Shown: positions 63,302-64,000 of the stretch, piece after piece | Layout of the letters: every line of letters starts with the position of its first letter | How positions within the stretch are numbered: the stretch's first letter is position 1 | Source of the DNA: Moniliella sp. 'wahieum' | Lineage: Eukaryota | Length of the DNA stretch: 64,000 bases | Direction: 5' to 3' | Assembly: GCA_003971905.1 (NCBI GenBank) | Contig: RSEE01000080.1 | Location: forward strand, 1 to 64,000 | The notes under the pieces: model-generated | The model's input: the letters and a program-made list of their open reading frames with translations, nothing else | Told to the model about the DNA's origin: nothing | Databases searched by the model: none | Made by a program: the position numbers and the translations under genes

Positions 63302-64000
63302 CTAAGCCGAAGGCACGGGTTCCTGCTGCGCTTGGCCCTCCACTGCTGCAACAGGCGCTTCCGACCGGGTCTCGGACGTCGCCGAGGTGAGCGTAGTAAG
63401 GATGCGCGATCGCGCCGTCCCACTCCTCCAGGCGGTTTCCAACAGCTTCCATTGGGCCGGGCCAAACGCGCGGTGGGATGCGCGGAAGACACGGAAGGTC
63501 TGGTGCGTCTGCGACAACTTGCCCGCCGCCAGACCGGCACGAATCAAGTCAATCAGCCACCCCTCGACGGCGTCCGAACCCGTCTCCTTCTCCCCTGCAG
63601 CAGACAGCACCGAACCGATTTGAGCATAGGTGAGCGTGGCCGGTGCCGCCGGTGCGCTCTCCCCTTGCACCTTGGCACAGGCGTCGGCCAGGTCCAACAG
63701 CGTAGCCTTCCGCGACAAGGCGGCGGTGTCAATGCCAAGACGCTTCACTTCGGCCTCGTTGGACGAGATCCACTTGGCCACCTCGGCCGCCGGGCCGGTA
63801 ATCAGTGCGGTCAGCAGCGCCCCGGCTGGCGAACCCTGCAGCGCCTTGGACGCAGCAGGAATGTTGGCCAGCGTCTCAAAGTCCATCACTGTGGGCAAAG
63901 CAATGGCCGAAACCACAGCTTCAGCACCGGCTTTGGCGCCCTTGGACTCGCCCGTGGCAGTGAGGAAGCGCAGGTACACCAGGGTAAACTCGTACGCTTG
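63302..64000 (-). CDS. EIF3M: eIF3 subunit M (PCI domain), 5'-truncated by window edge
   Basis: AIALPTVMDFETL, RKATLLDLA, LTYAQIG, VEGWLIDLIRAGLAAGKLSQTHQTFRVFRASHRAFGPAQWKLLE. Confidence 0.85.
   Translation of the reverse strand, partial: QAYEFTLVYLRFLTATGESKGAKAGAEAVVSAIALPTVMDFETLANIPAASKALQGSPAGALLTALITGPAAEVAKWISSNEAEVKRLGIDTAALSRKATLLDLADACAKVQGESAPAAPATLTYAQIGSVLSAAGEKETGSDAVEGWLIDLIRAGLAAGKLSQTHQTFRVFRASHRAFGPAQWKLLETAWRSGTARSRILTTLTSATSETRSEAPVAAVEGQAQQEPVPSA

Overview
This is eukaryotic DNA from a GC-rich basidiomycete yeast, probably a Tremellomycete. That call rests on short GTRMGT...CTRAC...YAG introns, intron-containing tRNAs and the adenylate cyclase sequence. The assembly appears unpolished: even essential genes (RPS2, RRP12, adenylate cyclase) are broken by single-base deletions, so the ORF track fragments nearly every gene. 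Recognisable genes are vacuolar subtilisin Prb1, an Srk1/Rck2-type CAMK, an SDR, Stm1/SERBP1, an M28 leucine aminopeptidase, an SCYL1/Cex1 pseudokinase, a PDR-type ABCG transporter, adenylate cyclase, a Sec14/CRAL-TRIO protein, mitochondrial uL30m, RPS2, RRP12 and a partial eIF3m. There are also three tRNAs (Lys-CTT, Glu-CTC, Ala-TGC) and several hypothetical genes. Four observations stand out. (1) An apparently catalytically dead, N-terminally hydrophobic NYN-domain protein with two LOTUS/OST-HTH-like domains (29.9-33.2 kb). (2) A diverged ~120-bp element present twice, 46 kb apart, that keeps two hairpins. (3) Homotypic clusters of short motifs (CGATCAT, GTGACGC, GCTGAG, TGTCA) in upstream/intergenic regions. 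(4) An orphan protein ending in a CaaX box. I found no intact mobile element, CRISPR array or multi-gene novel system that I can support. Gene boundaries are approximate because of the frameshifts.
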